Shown one piece after another: positions 48,128 through 59,198 of a stretch of DNA of 64,000 nt. The translations under genes were made by a program, and so were the position numbers. Under the pieces are notes generated by a model. That model made no database searches and was not told the DNA's origin. It saw only the letters and a program-made list of their open reading frames with translations. This DNA is from Spirochaetia bacterium. GTDB taxonomy: Bacteria; Spirochaetota; Spirochaetia; SZUA-6; Bin103. The stretch covers positions 256,001 to 320,000 of the forward strand of contig CBDATQ010000002.1 of NCBI GenBank assembly GCA_965199955.1. Reading direction: 5' to 3'. Every line of letters begins with the position of its first letter. Position 1 is the first letter of the stretch.

Positions 48128-48147
48128 GGAGGCGGCAACGTAGAGCG

Positions 48148-48615
48148 ATGAAAACGGTATTCGTGCGTGCTCGCGACGTCGAGCGACGATGGTACATCGC
48201 GGATGCGGACGGCGCTCCGCTCGGCCGGCTGGCGGCACGGGTGGCCAGCGTGCTGCGCGGCAAGCACCGACCCTACTTCGCACCTCACCAGGACCTGGGC
48301 GATCGCGTGGTCGTCATCAACGCGGCCAAGGTGGCCGTGTCCGGGAAAAAGCGCAGCGACAAGCGGTACTACCGCCACTCGGGCTACCCCGGGGCGTTGC
48401 GCAGCGAGACCTTCGAACACGCCATCGCCCGCAAGCCGGTGTTTCCGGTGGAGCAGGCCATACGCGGCATGCTCCCCAAGGGCCGCCTGGGTCGGGAGTT
48501 GTTCCGCAACCTGCGCGTGTACGCCGGCTCCGAGCATCCCCACCAGGGCCAGAGCCCTCAACCCATCGACCTTCGATCATTCGAACGTCAATCATCCGAA
48601 CGGGATCAAAGCTGA
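48148..48615 (+). CDS. rplM: 50S ribosomal protein L13
   Basis: WYIADA, LGRLA, LRGKHRP, GDRVVVINA, HSGYPG, GMLPK. Confidence 0.97.
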   Translation: MKTVFVRARDVERRWYIADADGAPLGRLAARVASVLRGKHRPYFAPHQDLGDRVVVINAAKVAVSGKKRSDKRYYRHSGYPGALRSETFEHAIARKPVFPVEQAIRGMLPKGRLGRELFRNLRVYAGSEHPHQGQSPQPIDLRSFERQSSERDQS

Positions 48616-49064
48616 TGACAGAAACGGACGGCATCAATCTCGCCCTGGGCACGGGGCGCCGCAAGACCGCGGTCGCCCGCGTCTTCCTGCGCCAACCGGT
48701 GGTCGGCGCCGACGCCGGAGAGACCGACCTGCAGCGCGCCGCGGCCGGACAGATCAAGGTCAACGGCAAGTCGCTGGACGACTACTTCAACTCGGAGGAA
48801 CTGGTACGGCGCGTGACGTCTCCGCTGGACGTCACCGACAACCTGGGCAAGCTCAGCGTGCTCATCAACGTGTCGGGCGGCGGGCCGGCGGGTCAGGCGG
48901 ACGCCAGCCGCCACGGCCTGGCGCGCGCCCTGGATGCCTATGACGGCAGCAACCACGAGAGCCTGCGCGCCAACGGCTTCCTTACGCGCGACCGACGCAT
49001 GGTGGAGCGCAAGAAGTACGGCCGTCCGAAGGCGCGCAAGCGCTTCCAGTTCTCGAAGCGGTAG
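48615..49064 (+). CDS. rpsI: 30S ribosomal protein S9
   Basis: GTGRRKTAVARV, ERKKYG, FQFSKR; TGATG overlap with rplM. Confidence 0.97.
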   Translation: MTETDGINLALGTGRRKTAVARVFLRQPVVGADAGETDLQRAAAGQIKVNGKSLDDYFNSEELVRRVTSPLDVTDNLGKLSVLINVSGGGPAGQADASRHGLARALDAYDGSNHESLRANGFLTRDRRMVERKKYGRPKARKRFQFSKR

Positions 49065-49162
49065 TACCCCATCAGACTGATGGCGAGTCGCGTAGCGCGC
49101 ACCCTCTCAAACTGCAGTTTGATCCGATACTAGGCAGCTTGGGGCGGTAAGTCGCGGCCTCC

Positions 49163-49642
49163 TTGAGCGTTGGCGAGCGTGAGGTGACGGCCTTGACCGG
49201 GCACACCGCCACGGCCCTGGAGTGCGCCAAGGAGCTGATCGCCCGCCGCGAGCACTCCGTCTTCGAGTTGCGGCGGAAGTTGCAGCAGAGAGGACACGCT
49301 CCCGTTGCGGACACGGTGATCGAATCGTTGACCCGCGCCGGTCTCCTTGATGACGAACGGTTTGCCCGCGCCTGGCTGACCGCACGGACTGGACGAAAGG
49401 CCGAAGGACGGCGCCGGTTGGTGGCGGAACTGATCAGGCGCGGCGTGAGCGACTCGGTGGCCGCAGCCGTCGTGGAGGACGAGCTGCCCGTCGCCGTCGA
49501 GCAGGAATTGCTTCGGTCCAGCGCTTCGGGACTGCGAGCCGCCGGCCATGGCCGCGACGCGATCGCGCGCCGGTTGCTGGCCCGCGGATTCCCGGCGGCG
49601 GCGGTGCGCCGGGCGGTCGCGACGGACGAAGGATGGCAGTAG
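49163..49642 (+). CDS. recX: Regulatory protein RecX
   Basis: RREHSVFELRRKL, GLLDDERFA, ELIRRGV, LLARGF; start uncertain. Confidence 0.88.
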   Translation: MSVGEREVTALTGHTATALECAKELIARREHSVFELRRKLQQRGHAPVADTVIESLTRAGLLDDERFARAWLTARTGRKAEGRRRLVAELIRRGVSDSVAAAVVEDELPVAVEQELLRSSASGLRAAGHGRDAIARRLLARGFPAAAVRRAVATDEGWQ

Positions 49643-49672
49643 CCTGGAACGGGGACCGAACGATCCCCCGTG

Positions 49673-50983
<1,311 letters not shown>

Positions 50984-51031
50984 TCAGTCATGCTCACCTT
51001 TGGCGATATAGTAGTGGGTGGCAGGGAGCCG

Positions 51032-51865
51032 GTGAAGTTCGACCTCGTCGCGGAGATCGTGGAACGCATCGTGTTCGCGATGGAGGACCAGGGAGCCGAC
51101 TACTCCGTGGACGTCGAAACCGCGGAGATGGTCAAGGATCGCGGCGCGCACCTGGGGGAACGGTTCGTCCCCATACCTCCGTGGCGGCCGATCGACGGGT
51201 TCCATCTCATGGAGCGTTTCGTGGCAGCCCTGCGCAATCCGATTCATCGCGACCGCCTGCGAAACGCGCTGAATTCGCGCGGGCGGGTGTTCCGCGCATT
51301 CAAGGACGAGCTGAGGCGCATCCCGTACGTGGAGCAACGCTGGTACCGCTTCAAGATGGCCGAGATGCGGCGGATCGTGACGGAGTGGTACGACCTGGAG
51401 CGGCAGTCGCGCGGGTTGGAACGACTCGGGCCGGAACCGGAAGAGACCGACGACCTGATGGCCAGCGAATTCGCCTTTGGCCGTGTCGATGCCGGGGACC
51501 TGGAGCACGTGGTCAGGCTGCATGAGGACGCACGGCAACTCACGGCCAATCCGAATGCGTTGCTCGCGGTGGTGCGCGGGAGCCGGCCGGGGATCGTCGG
51601 CTTCATCGGCGGGGTGCCGGAAGGGAACGGTACCGTCTGCGTCGGAGCGATCGCGGTGGCCCCCGAGTTCCGCGGTCTGGGCATCGGGCGGTCGCTGCTC
51701 TCGCACTTCATCGACGAAGCGGCGGGAGCCGGCTATTCCTCAGTGCAGGTGGCGTTGTGCGGCCAGGAGCAGGAGTTTGAGCGGCTGTTCGTCCAGCAGG
51801 GGTTCAGCCCGGTGGCGAAGACGTTCCGGCTACCACTTGCTCCCACGGAGGAGCGGAAACCGTAA
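51032..51865 (+). CDS. UPF0158-domain plus GNAT acetyltransferase fusion
   Basis: GFHLMERFV...RGRVFRAFKD...W, then VAPEFRGLGIGRSLL acetyl-CoA motif. Confidence 0.8.
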   Translation: MKFDLVAEIVERIVFAMEDQGADYSVDVETAEMVKDRGAHLGERFVPIPPWRPIDGFHLMERFVAALRNPIHRDRLRNALNSRGRVFRAFKDELRRIPYVEQRWYRFKMAEMRRIVTEWYDLERQSRGLERLGPEPEETDDLMASEFAFGRVDAGDLEHVVRLHEDARQLTANPNALLAVVRGSRPGIVGFIGGVPEGNGTVCVGAIAVAPEFRGLGIGRSLLSHFIDEAAGAGYSSVQVALCGQEQEFERLFVQQGFSPVAKTFRLPLAPTEERKP

Positions 51866-53684
51866 GCGGCAGCGCCAGGAACATCCTCCGGGGCGGCGCT
51901 CCGTCCGGTTCCTCCGCGGAGATCACGACCCCGAGGTCCAAGGAGAGCCACTCCTGCGTGGCCAGCAGACGATCGGGAAGATCGAGCAACACCTCGACCC
52001 GCGCTCCGGGCTCGATGCTGCCGACCGGTACGTGTACGCCGGCGGCAAGCAGGCTGACACCGGTGCGGGCAACCACGCCGGGATTCTCCATCTGTACCGG
52101 GATGGCCACAGGTGACTGCAGCTCGGCGACCTCGAGGTGCAGCGACTCCGGGCTGACGACCAGGAACGGCTCCTGGAAGATCACCTTCTCGGAGTCGCCG
52201 CGAACCTCTACCGCGCGTTCCAGTCCGGAAAGGCTCGCTTCGTCCTCCGGTGTCAGATGGAGGGCATGCTCGTAGAGTGCCGCCGCCAGGCCGGCGCGGT
52301 CTTGGGCCTGCGGCAGGTCTCCCCATTCCAGCGAGGCGACCGCATCGGCAAGCGCGAGCTCGGCAAGCTGCCTGGCGATGACGGTCGGGCCCGTGGTACC
52401 GGCGGCATCGTCCGCCTCGTTGGTGCCGTGACCACCGAAGCGCAGGATTCGTGCCCGCTGTGAGTCCAGCAGATAGAACGCATCCCTGCCCGGTGCCGGT
52501 TCCAGCACAAACTGGGCCGGCAAGATCTCCCGGCCTCCGTCCGGAGCGATGAGCAGCCACTTCGGGCGCCCGAGTTCGTCGAAGGCCCAGACCAGCCCGG
52601 AGCCGCCCAGAAGGACGGTTCCGTCGTCAAGCACCGCAAGCGCATGAGGAAACTTGAGCATCCGCGGGTCCACCTGGGGGCGAATCGAGTCGATCTCGCG
52701 GCCATCCAGGCCGGCGATCACGACCCTGCGGTCGAACTGGTCGTACAGCACCATGCGCCGCTGGTCGTCGATGTCCATCGCGTTGATGAATGGCGCGGCG
52801 ACCGGTACGGGGCGCTTCTCGATAGCAAGTTCGGTCAGGTGCACATAGGCCGGTCCGTTCCTGGTAAGGGCAGCCAACCCGCCGCCCGGGACGGCGTCCA
52901 GCCGCCGCGCGTCCGGCAGGTCGAGGAAGGCCATGTCGTCGTCTCCGTTGCGCCGGCGGACGATGCGCGCGTGGTTCAGGTCGATCGCGAGCACGTCATG
53001 GGTCCAACTGGTGCGGGCGATCTCCTGTGGGGCCGTGGCGCCTGGCGGGCGCGCCTCCGGCAGCAGCGATGCCGGGGTAGCCGCGATCAGCTCGAAGCGC
53101 GGCCCCAACTCGGCGGACCCTCCGGTCAGCAGCACGCTGACGCCGCCGTCGTGCGCGGCGAGGTCCAGGATCTGCCCTTCGTACCCGAACGCGGACTCCA
53201 CCGCGGCTTCCGCGTCGCCGGTGGCCTGATCGACGGTGCGGAACAACGCGGCAATTCTTCCACCGTCGATCACGTCGGTGATGTCAGGTGGAAGGTAGAT
53301 CGGCGGCGGGAAGCCGGCGCGCGCCGCCTGCAGGTACCCGAGGTCGGCGACCAGTGCGGCGACGACCGTGTCGAGCCTGGTGGCGGAGGCCGTGCGCACG
53401 GTGGACGTCAGGGCACGCTCGGCTTCCAGGTCGGAGCTGGTGACTATCAGGTCCAGCCCTCCGGCACTGTCATGGACGCCGATCTCGACCCGGATGCGAG
53501 ACGGAAAATCGGGGGAAATGCCGATCTCCTCGGAGGAAAGGATCTCCTGCAGCCGTTCGACGAGCTGGCCTTCATCCAACTCCGCGCGCGGGTCGATCGA
53601 CCACTCGGCGATTCGCAACCCCATGGCCGGAACACTCGCGATGAGCAGGGCAGCGAATGCCACGGCCGCTCTGAACGAAGTCAT
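51804..53684 (-). CDS. Secreted hypothetical protein with a propeller-like region
   Basis: N-terminal signal peptide; NHL-like segments such as FPHALAVLDDGTV and FYLLDSQRARILRF. Confidence 0.7.
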   Translation of the reverse strand: MTSFRAAVAFAALLIASVPAMGLRIAEWSIDPRAELDEGQLVERLQEILSSEEIGISPDFPSRIRVEIGVHDSAGGLDLIVTSSDLEAERALTSTVRTASATRLDTVVAALVADLGYLQAARAGFPPPIYLPPDITDVIDGGRIAALFRTVDQATGDAEAAVESAFGYEGQILDLAAHDGGVSVLLTGGSAELGPRFELIAATPASLLPEARPPGATAPQEIARTSWTHDVLAIDLNHARIVRRRNGDDDMAFLDLPDARRLDAVPGGGLAALTRNGPAYVHLTELAIEKRPVPVAAPFINAMDIDDQRRMVLYDQFDRRVVIAGLDGREIDSIRPQVDPRMLKFPHALAVLDDGTVLLGGSGLVWAFDELGRPKWLLIAPDGGREILPAQFVLEPAPGRDAFYLLDSQRARILRFGGHGTNEADDAAGTTGPTVIARQLAELALADAVASLEWGDLPQAQDRAGLAAALYEHALHLTPEDEASLSGLERAVEVRGDSEKVIFQEPFLVVSPESLHLEVAELQSPVAIPVQMENPGVVARTGVSLLAAGVHVPVGSIEPGARVEVLLDLPDRLLATQEWLSLDLGVVISAEEPDGAPPRRMFLALPLTVSAPPWEQVVAGTSSPPG

Positions 53685-55255
53685 ATCGCTATCATGCCCG
53701 AGATTTTAGAATCATGTGTCTGGACTGCCGAGTGCGCTTCGGTAACTTCGTCCCACGGCTGCACGTGATCGGCGTATTCTATGCTGCGCTCGTGGCCCTT
53801 GCCGAGCAGCAGCACGGTGTCGCCCGGTCGTGCCAGCTCCACGGCTGTACCGATCGCTTCACGCCGGTCCGGGATGAGCCGGGGCGCCGGCGCCCCGGCG
53901 ACGAAGCCGCAGGCGATGTCCTTGAGGACCATCAGCGGATCCTCGCGGCGCGGGTCCTCATCCGTAAGAATCACGATGTCGGCGTGCTCGGAGGCGATCC
54001 GGCCCTGCATGGCCCGCTTCTCGCGATCCTTCTCTCCGGCTGAGCCGAACACGACGATGGTGCGGCTGTCGGCGGCAAGGTCCGCACCGCGGCACAGCCG
54101 CAGCCCGGCGAAGAGTTGCCGAAAGGCTGCCGGCGTGTGGGCATGGTCGACGATCATCGTGAAGCCGCGGTCATTGCGGATCTGCTGCATGCGTCCCGGA
54201 AGCGGGCTGAGGACCGGCAGCGCATCGAGCACATGGTCCGGGGCAGCCCCGCTGGCGCCGGACGCCATCAGCAGGGCGGCGGCGATGTTGCCGGCCTGCA
54301 CAGGGTCGCCGATCTGCACCCGGCACTGCCTGCGGACGTCGTGCAGCCGGACGGCCAGAGTCAGGCCGGAGCCGTCGGCTGCCAGAACCGTTGCGGTGCA
54401 GTCGGCCTCGTCGCCGCCGTGGGACGCCAGCGAAACGGTGCTGAAGCTCTGCGCCGCGGGGAACCGCGCACGCAGGTCGTGCCACGCCCTGTCATCGCGG
54501 TTGAGCACCGCCACGCCGCGGGAGCCGTCCGGACGATCACGGACCATGTCCAGCAGCGCCGCCTTGGCGTCCCGGTACCGCTTCCAGTCACCGTGGAACT
54601 CCATGTGCTCGTGCGTGACGTTGGTGATCGCGGCGGCGGCAAGCGGCAGTCCGTGCACCCTGCCGGCGGCCAGCGCTATCGAGGTGGCTTCGATGACCGC
54701 GGCGCGGCAGCCGAGGCCGGCCATGGTTGCCAGTAGCCCATGCAGCTCCGGAGCTTCGGGAGTCGACAGCCGCCAGGGCGTATCCACGACGCCGGTTCCG
54801 TCGTCGACGTAGACGCTCGACACCAGTCCGGCCGGGAGGCCGAGACGGTCGAGGAGCAGCTTCGTGAACCACGCCGTGGAGCTCTTGCCGTCCGTGCCGG
54901 TCACGCCGACGAGCAGGAGGTTCCGTGCCGGGTCGCCGGCGTGCCAGGCTCCGGCGACCGCGAGGGCCGTCTTCGCGTCAGGTACCTGCAGGTAGCAGAC
55001 GTCGGTGGCGTACGCGGGCAGATCCCGCTCGTGGATCACCGCACGCGCGCCCCGGCGCACGGCGTCGGATATGAAGCGGTGGCCGTCATCCTTGCTGCCG
55101 GGGCGCCCGACGAACAGCGTGCCGGGACCGGCCTGGCGCGAATCGTAGCGGATCGCGTCGATCGGGCCGGCCGCCCGGCCACGGACGCGCGTCGCTCCGA
55201 TGCGATCCGGCAGATCCGCCAGGTCCGGGCGTGGAGATTCAGCCGGATCGCTCAT
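53681..55255 (-). CDS. murE: UDP-MurNAc-tripeptide ligase
   Basis: YDSR, GVTGTDGKSST, TPE, THEHMEFHG, DHAHTP, TDEDPRRE, GKGHE. Confidence 0.93.
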   Translation of the reverse strand: MSDPAESPRPDLADLPDRIGATRVRGRAAGPIDAIRYDSRQAGPGTLFVGRPGSKDDGHRFISDAVRRGARAVIHERDLPAYATDVCYLQVPDAKTALAVAGAWHAGDPARNLLLVGVTGTDGKSSTAWFTKLLLDRLGLPAGLVSSVYVDDGTGVVDTPWRLSTPEAPELHGLLATMAGLGCRAAVIEATSIALAAGRVHGLPLAAAAITNVTHEHMEFHGDWKRYRDAKAALLDMVRDRPDGSRGVAVLNRDDRAWHDLRARFPAAQSFSTVSLASHGGDEADCTATVLAADGSGLTLAVRLHDVRRQCRVQIGDPVQAGNIAAALLMASGASGAAPDHVLDALPVLSPLPGRMQQIRNDRGFTMIVDHAHTPAAFRQLFAGLRLCRGADLAADSRTIVVFGSAGEKDREKRAMQGRIASEHADIVILTDEDPRREDPLMVLKDIACGFVAGAPAPRLIPDRREAIGTAVELARPGDTVLLLGKGHERSIEYADHVQPWDEVTEAHSAVQTHDSKISGMIAI

Positions 55256-55389
55256 CGGGATCGCCCATGCCGTCCTTGGCACGTGAGCGACTTCGTCCAC
55301 TCGGGGATGGAAAGGGCGGCTGCTTGCATCAGTCGGGCCACTCATTGGTCATCGGCACGAACGGGCCCGGGCTTGCGCTTCACGCCGGT

Positions 55390-55421
55390 GCCGCCGGTCC
55401 CGCCAGGGGGGGACCGGCGGC
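55390..55421 (-). terminator. 12-bp GC hairpin after hflC
   Basis: GCCGCCGGTCCC / GGGACCGGCGGC immediately after the stop codon; no clear U-tract. Confidence 0.45.
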
Positions 55422-55422
55422 G

Positions 55423-56388
55423 TCAGCGCTGTTCGTAGAGGTAGTCGAAGAACTCCGCGTCGGTGGAGAGGGTCTTCTGGAAGTTCGGCAGCAGCGCCCG
55501 GTACGCCTCGATCGCCTTGAAAAAGGCGTAGAACTCGGGGTCGGTGTTGTAGGCATTCGCATAGATCGCCGCCGCGTCGGCGTCGGCCTCACCGCGGATC
55601 ACCTTGGCCGTCCGCTCTGCCTCCGAGATGATCTCCAGCCGCTCCTTTTCGCGCTTTCCGAGCCACTCGGCCTTCAGCCCCTCGCCGTCGGAGCGCCACG
55701 CCTGCGCCACCTGCTGGCGCTCGGTGATCATGCGGCTGTAGACGCTCTCGGTCAGGTCGTCCGAGTAGCGGATCTGGCGGATGATCACGTCGAGCAGCTC
55801 GATCCCATAGAGTGCCTCCGCTTCCTTCGCGCGCCCCAGCATGTCGTTGGAGAGCTCGTCGCGCCCCTTGTCGATGGAGGCGAACGTGACTTCGGTGTAG
55901 GTGTCGCCCAGGATCGAGCTGGCGTCCTGGGCATCGTCGGTGGACCGCCGCACGATCTCGTTGATCACGTCGGAGTTGCGCACCGCCTCCTGCAGCCGGT
56001 TGTTGGAGATCACTTCCTTGACCGCGGAGTCGATGACCGCGTCGAGCCGGGTCTGGGCTCCCTGCTCGTCCTTGACCGACTCATAGAACAGCACCGGATC
56101 GACGATGCGCCAGCGCGCCGTGGTGTCCACGTAGATGAACTGACGTTCCTGCGTCGGCACCAGGGTCGGGTCGCCGTCCCAGGAGATGATCTTCTTCGGA
56201 TAGCGAACGACCTGGTCGATCAGCGGCGCCTTGAGCGCCAGCCCGGCGTCGGTCTTGGAGCGCACGATGCGGCCGAACTGCAGGATGATCGCCTGCTGCC
56301 CCTCCTGCACTACGTAGAACGGCCCGAGCATCAGGAAGATCAGCAGGGCGGCGCCTGCGACCACAACGATCGTGATGAAACGCTTCAC
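55423..56388 (-). CDS. hflC: FtsH modulator HflC
   Basis: N-terminal TM, QFG, RWRIVDP, VYSRMITER, AYNTDPEFYAF. Confidence 0.93.
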   Translation of the reverse strand: MKRFITIVVVAGAALLIFLMLGPFYVVQEGQQAIILQFGRIVRSKTDAGLALKAPLIDQVVRYPKKIISWDGDPTLVPTQERQFIYVDTTARWRIVDPVLFYESVKDEQGAQTRLDAVIDSAVKEVISNNRLQEAVRNSDVINEIVRRSTDDAQDASSILGDTYTEVTFASIDKGRDELSNDMLGRAKEAEALYGIELLDVIIRQIRYSDDLTESVYSRMITERQQVAQAWRSDGEGLKAEWLGKREKERLEIISEAERTAKVIRGEADADAAAIYANAYNTDPEFYAFFKAIEAYRALLPNFQKTLSTDAEFFDYLYEQR

Positions 56389-57386
56389 TGGTTCCCTCCG
56401 AGCGACAGCTCCTGTCCGAGCTGCTTGAGCGGGATGAAGTTGGTCAGGTTCTTGTCGATGAGGTCGGTGCCCTGGTCGTCCTTGAACACCTCCTCGAACA
56501 TCTCGTAGTAGAGGCGCGTGCGGGTCACCTCCGGGCTCTTGCGGTACTCCTCGTACAGGTGCACGTAGCGCGCCACGTCACCCTCCGCGCGGTTGAGGCG
56601 CTCGGCCTTGTAGCCCTCCGCCTCGGCGATGAGCCGGTCGGCCTCGCCGTGGGCGCGCGGGATCGTCTGGTTGTAGGCTTCCTTGCCCTCGTTGATCAGG
56701 CGGTTGCGGTCCTGAATCGCCTTGTTGACGTCCTCGAAGGCGTTCTGCACCGCGCCGCGCGGCGGCACGACGCTCTGCAGCTGCACCGCGTCCACGCGCA
56801 CGCCGATGTCGTAGCCTTCGGTGCCGAACAGGGCGTTCATTTCCTCCTGCGCCCGCAACTGGATGACCGGCCGCTCGTCGCCCATCACGTCCAGGATCGC
56901 GCGGTCGCCCACCAGCCGGTTGAACACCGACCGGGAGATGTCCTTGATCGTCGTCTCTCCGTCGACGATGTTGAACAGCCATTTCTCGGGCTCAATGATG
57001 CGGTACTGGATCGACCACTTCACGTCGACGATGTTGAGGTCGCCGGTCAGCATCACCGACTCCTCCGGGAACTCCTGGGTGGAGAACACCGTGCGCACGC
57101 CGGCCTCCTCGGTGCGGAAGCCGAACTCCAGCTTGTGCAGCACCTCCGTCTCCACGTTGTAGACGCGGTCGATCCCGAACGGCAGCTTGAGGTGCAGGCC
57201 GGGATCGCTGGCCCGGCCGACGTACCGGCCGAAGCGCAACAGGATGCCCTTTTCGCGCGCGTCCACGACGTAGAAGCTGGACAGCACGATGATGACCAGC
57301 AGGACCGCGCCCAGCATGAGGCCGACCGCCCGCGGGCTGAAGCTGCCCGGCGCACGCCGCTCTGCGGATGAATCGTTTTCTGACAT
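56385..57386 (-). CDS. hflK: FtsH modulator HflK
   Basis: PGLHLKLPFGID, MLTGDLNIV, AFEDVNKA, AEGD, PEVTRTRLY; GGAG before ATG 57386. Confidence 0.93.
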   Translation of the reverse strand: MSENDSSAERRAPGSFSPRAVGLMLGAVLLVIIVLSSFYVVDAREKGILLRFGRYVGRASDPGLHLKLPFGIDRVYNVETEVLHKLEFGFRTEEAGVRTVFSTQEFPEESVMLTGDLNIVDVKWSIQYRIIEPEKWLFNIVDGETTIKDISRSVFNRLVGDRAILDVMGDERPVIQLRAQEEMNALFGTEGYDIGVRVDAVQLQSVVPPRGAVQNAFEDVNKAIQDRNRLINEGKEAYNQTIPRAHGEADRLIAEAEGYKAERLNRAEGDVARYVHLYEEYRKSPEVTRTRLYYEMFEEVFKDDQGTDLIDKNLTNFIPLKQLGQELSLGGNQ

Positions 57387-57545
57387 GGGACTCCTCCCTT
57401 GAGGGGACGGGGACCGGGCGCGTACGCCAGCCCTTACACAATGTCGACGATATACCCGGAGGCGCGCCAAGGTCAAACCGGAGAGTTCCAAGGCGGTTCG
57501 ACGCCAGGAAATCGTCGTGATACCTGAATAGAGTTCATGATTCGA

Positions 57546-57574
57546 TTGACTATGTGAAGGGATGTGCCTAGGTT
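57546..57574 (+). promoter_or_regulatory. Sigma70 promoter, leaderless, for DUF2089
   Basis: TTGACT, 17 nt, TAGGTT, 6 nt, ATG 57581. Confidence 0.6.
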
Positions 57575-57580
57575 CGGGAC

Positions 57581-58018
57581 ATGGCGTTGGATATCCAACC
57601 TCCGCTGGGACCGTGCCCGATCTGTGATCAGCGGCTGCAGGTTGCCGAATATGCGTGCGGGTCCTGCGGCGTCACCATCCGCGGTCGCTTCGAGCGCTGC
57701 GACCTGTGCGCGCTGCCGGACGACCTGCTGCACTTCGTGCGGCTGTTTCTGCACGTGGAGGGCAACCTGCGGGAGGTCGAGCGGCGGCTGGGGATGTCCT
57801 ACCCGACGGTCAAGGCCCGCCTCAAGGCGGTAAATGCCGCTCTCGACGCACCGGGCGAACGACCGGGCGCCGGCGCTGCGGAAGGAGGCGACCAGGGCCG
57901 ACTGCGCCTGCTGCGCCGCCTCCGCGACGGGGAGCTATCGCTCGGTGAGGTGATACGGCGCCTGCACGCTGAGGACGCGGGCGCCGGAGGAGGTAACGAT
58001 GGATCGGATCACTCTTGA
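57581..58018 (+). CDS. DUF2089 family Zn-ribbon/HTH regulator
   Basis: CPIC...CGSC, GNLREVERRLGMSYPTVKARL, SHOCT-like tail. Confidence 0.88.
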   Translation: MALDIQPPLGPCPICDQRLQVAEYACGSCGVTIRGRFERCDLCALPDDLLHFVRLFLHVEGNLREVERRLGMSYPTVKARLKAVNAALDAPGERPGAGAAEGGDQGRLRLLRRLRDGELSLGEVIRRLHAEDAGAGGGNDGSDHS

Positions 58019-59171
58019 TCTGGATGGCGTAGCGGAGGTTCGCATCACGACGCGCAGGCGGGGTATTGTCGCGCGCGCGGTCGAAGGCGACGCCGGAACC
58101 CTTGCGGCTGACGGTCTGGATGCGATCCGGGTCGCGCGCGACGGCGACCGTTTGGAGATCGCGGAGCCGCGGCGCGATGACGACGAAGAGGCGGGCGGCA
58201 CCCTCGAGCTGTCGCTGCCGGCGGCGCGCTCGTGGGAGCTGAGCGCGGACAGCGCCAGCGGCTCAGTGCTCGTCGCCGGCATGGATGGGACGGTGCGGGT
58301 CCGCACGGCGAACGGAGCGGTCACCCTGCAGGACCTCACGGGAACCGCGGACGTGCGCTGCGCCAACGGGTCGATCACCGCCGAACGGATTGCCGGGCAG
58401 TTGAACGTGTCGGCGGCCAACGGCAAGATCACGGTGCGCGACGCCGAGTTGACCGGGGGCAAGTTTCACAACGCCAGCGGCCGCATGGCCCTGCAACTCC
58501 GGCCGACCGGTGACGGCAAGGTCTCCATCATGTCGGGATCGGGCCGCGTGCTGCTCGCGCTGCCGGACGATGCGGACCTCACGGCCACGGTCAAGTCACG
58601 CGGCCGGCTGGTGAACAGGCTCGGATCATCGGTGGTCACCACCGGGCCGGGCTTCGCGCAGGTCACGCTCGGCTCCGGAGCGTTCTCGATCTTCGTACAC
58701 ACGTTGGGGAGGTGTGAACTGGTTGGCTTCGACGAATTCGACGGCAAGGAGCAGCGGGCGGGAGAACGGGCGTTCACCGACGATGACGACCATGCGTGGG
58801 ACGATCCGGATTTCACGTTCGAGATCCCCAACGAGATGTGGGAGTTTCTCAAGGAGATGCGCGGCTACGGCCTGAAGTTCGGAAAACTGGGAGAGGAGAT
58901 CTCGCGCCAGGTGTACGAGGCGTTCGGCGCCGCAGGTGGCGGCCCCGGGCGCCGCGGCGCCGGGTACCGGCGCGGGCCCGGTGGACGGCGATGGCGCGGC
59001 GCCGGACGCTCGCACGACGATGACGGACTGGGACGGAAGGGCGGCCCGCGGCCGGCACAGGCCGATGCCGCCGGCACCGAGGAAGAGGTCAGGCTCGTGC
59101 TCGACATGCTCAAGGAAGGCAAGCTCTCCGCCGAGGAGGCGGCCCGCCTGATCAGCGCGCTGCGCCGCTGA
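57999..59171 (+). CDS. DUF4097 (Toastrack) beta-repeat protein with C-terminal SHOCT-like domain
   Basis: Repeats SASGSV, TANGAV, CANGSI, AANGKI, NASGRM, SGSGRV; tail VLDMLKEGKLSAEEAARLISAL. Confidence 0.85.
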   Translation: MDRITLDLDGVAEVRITTRRRGIVARAVEGDAGTLAADGLDAIRVARDGDRLEIAEPRRDDDEEAGGTLELSLPAARSWELSADSASGSVLVAGMDGTVRVRTANGAVTLQDLTGTADVRCANGSITAERIAGQLNVSAANGKITVRDAELTGGKFHNASGRMALQLRPTGDGKVSIMSGSGRVLLALPDDADLTATVKSRGRLVNRLGSSVVTTGPGFAQVTLGSGAFSIFVHTLGRCELVGFDEFDGKEQRAGERAFTDDDDHAWDDPDFTFEIPNEMWEFLKEMRGYGLKFGKLGEEISRQVYEAFGAAGGGPGRRGAGYRRGPGGRRWRGAGRSHDDDGLGRKGGPRPAQADAAGTEEEVRLVLDMLKEGKLSAEEAARLISALRR

Positions 59172-59198
59172 GGGGGCGCGCCAGGCCCGCTTCGGTGC

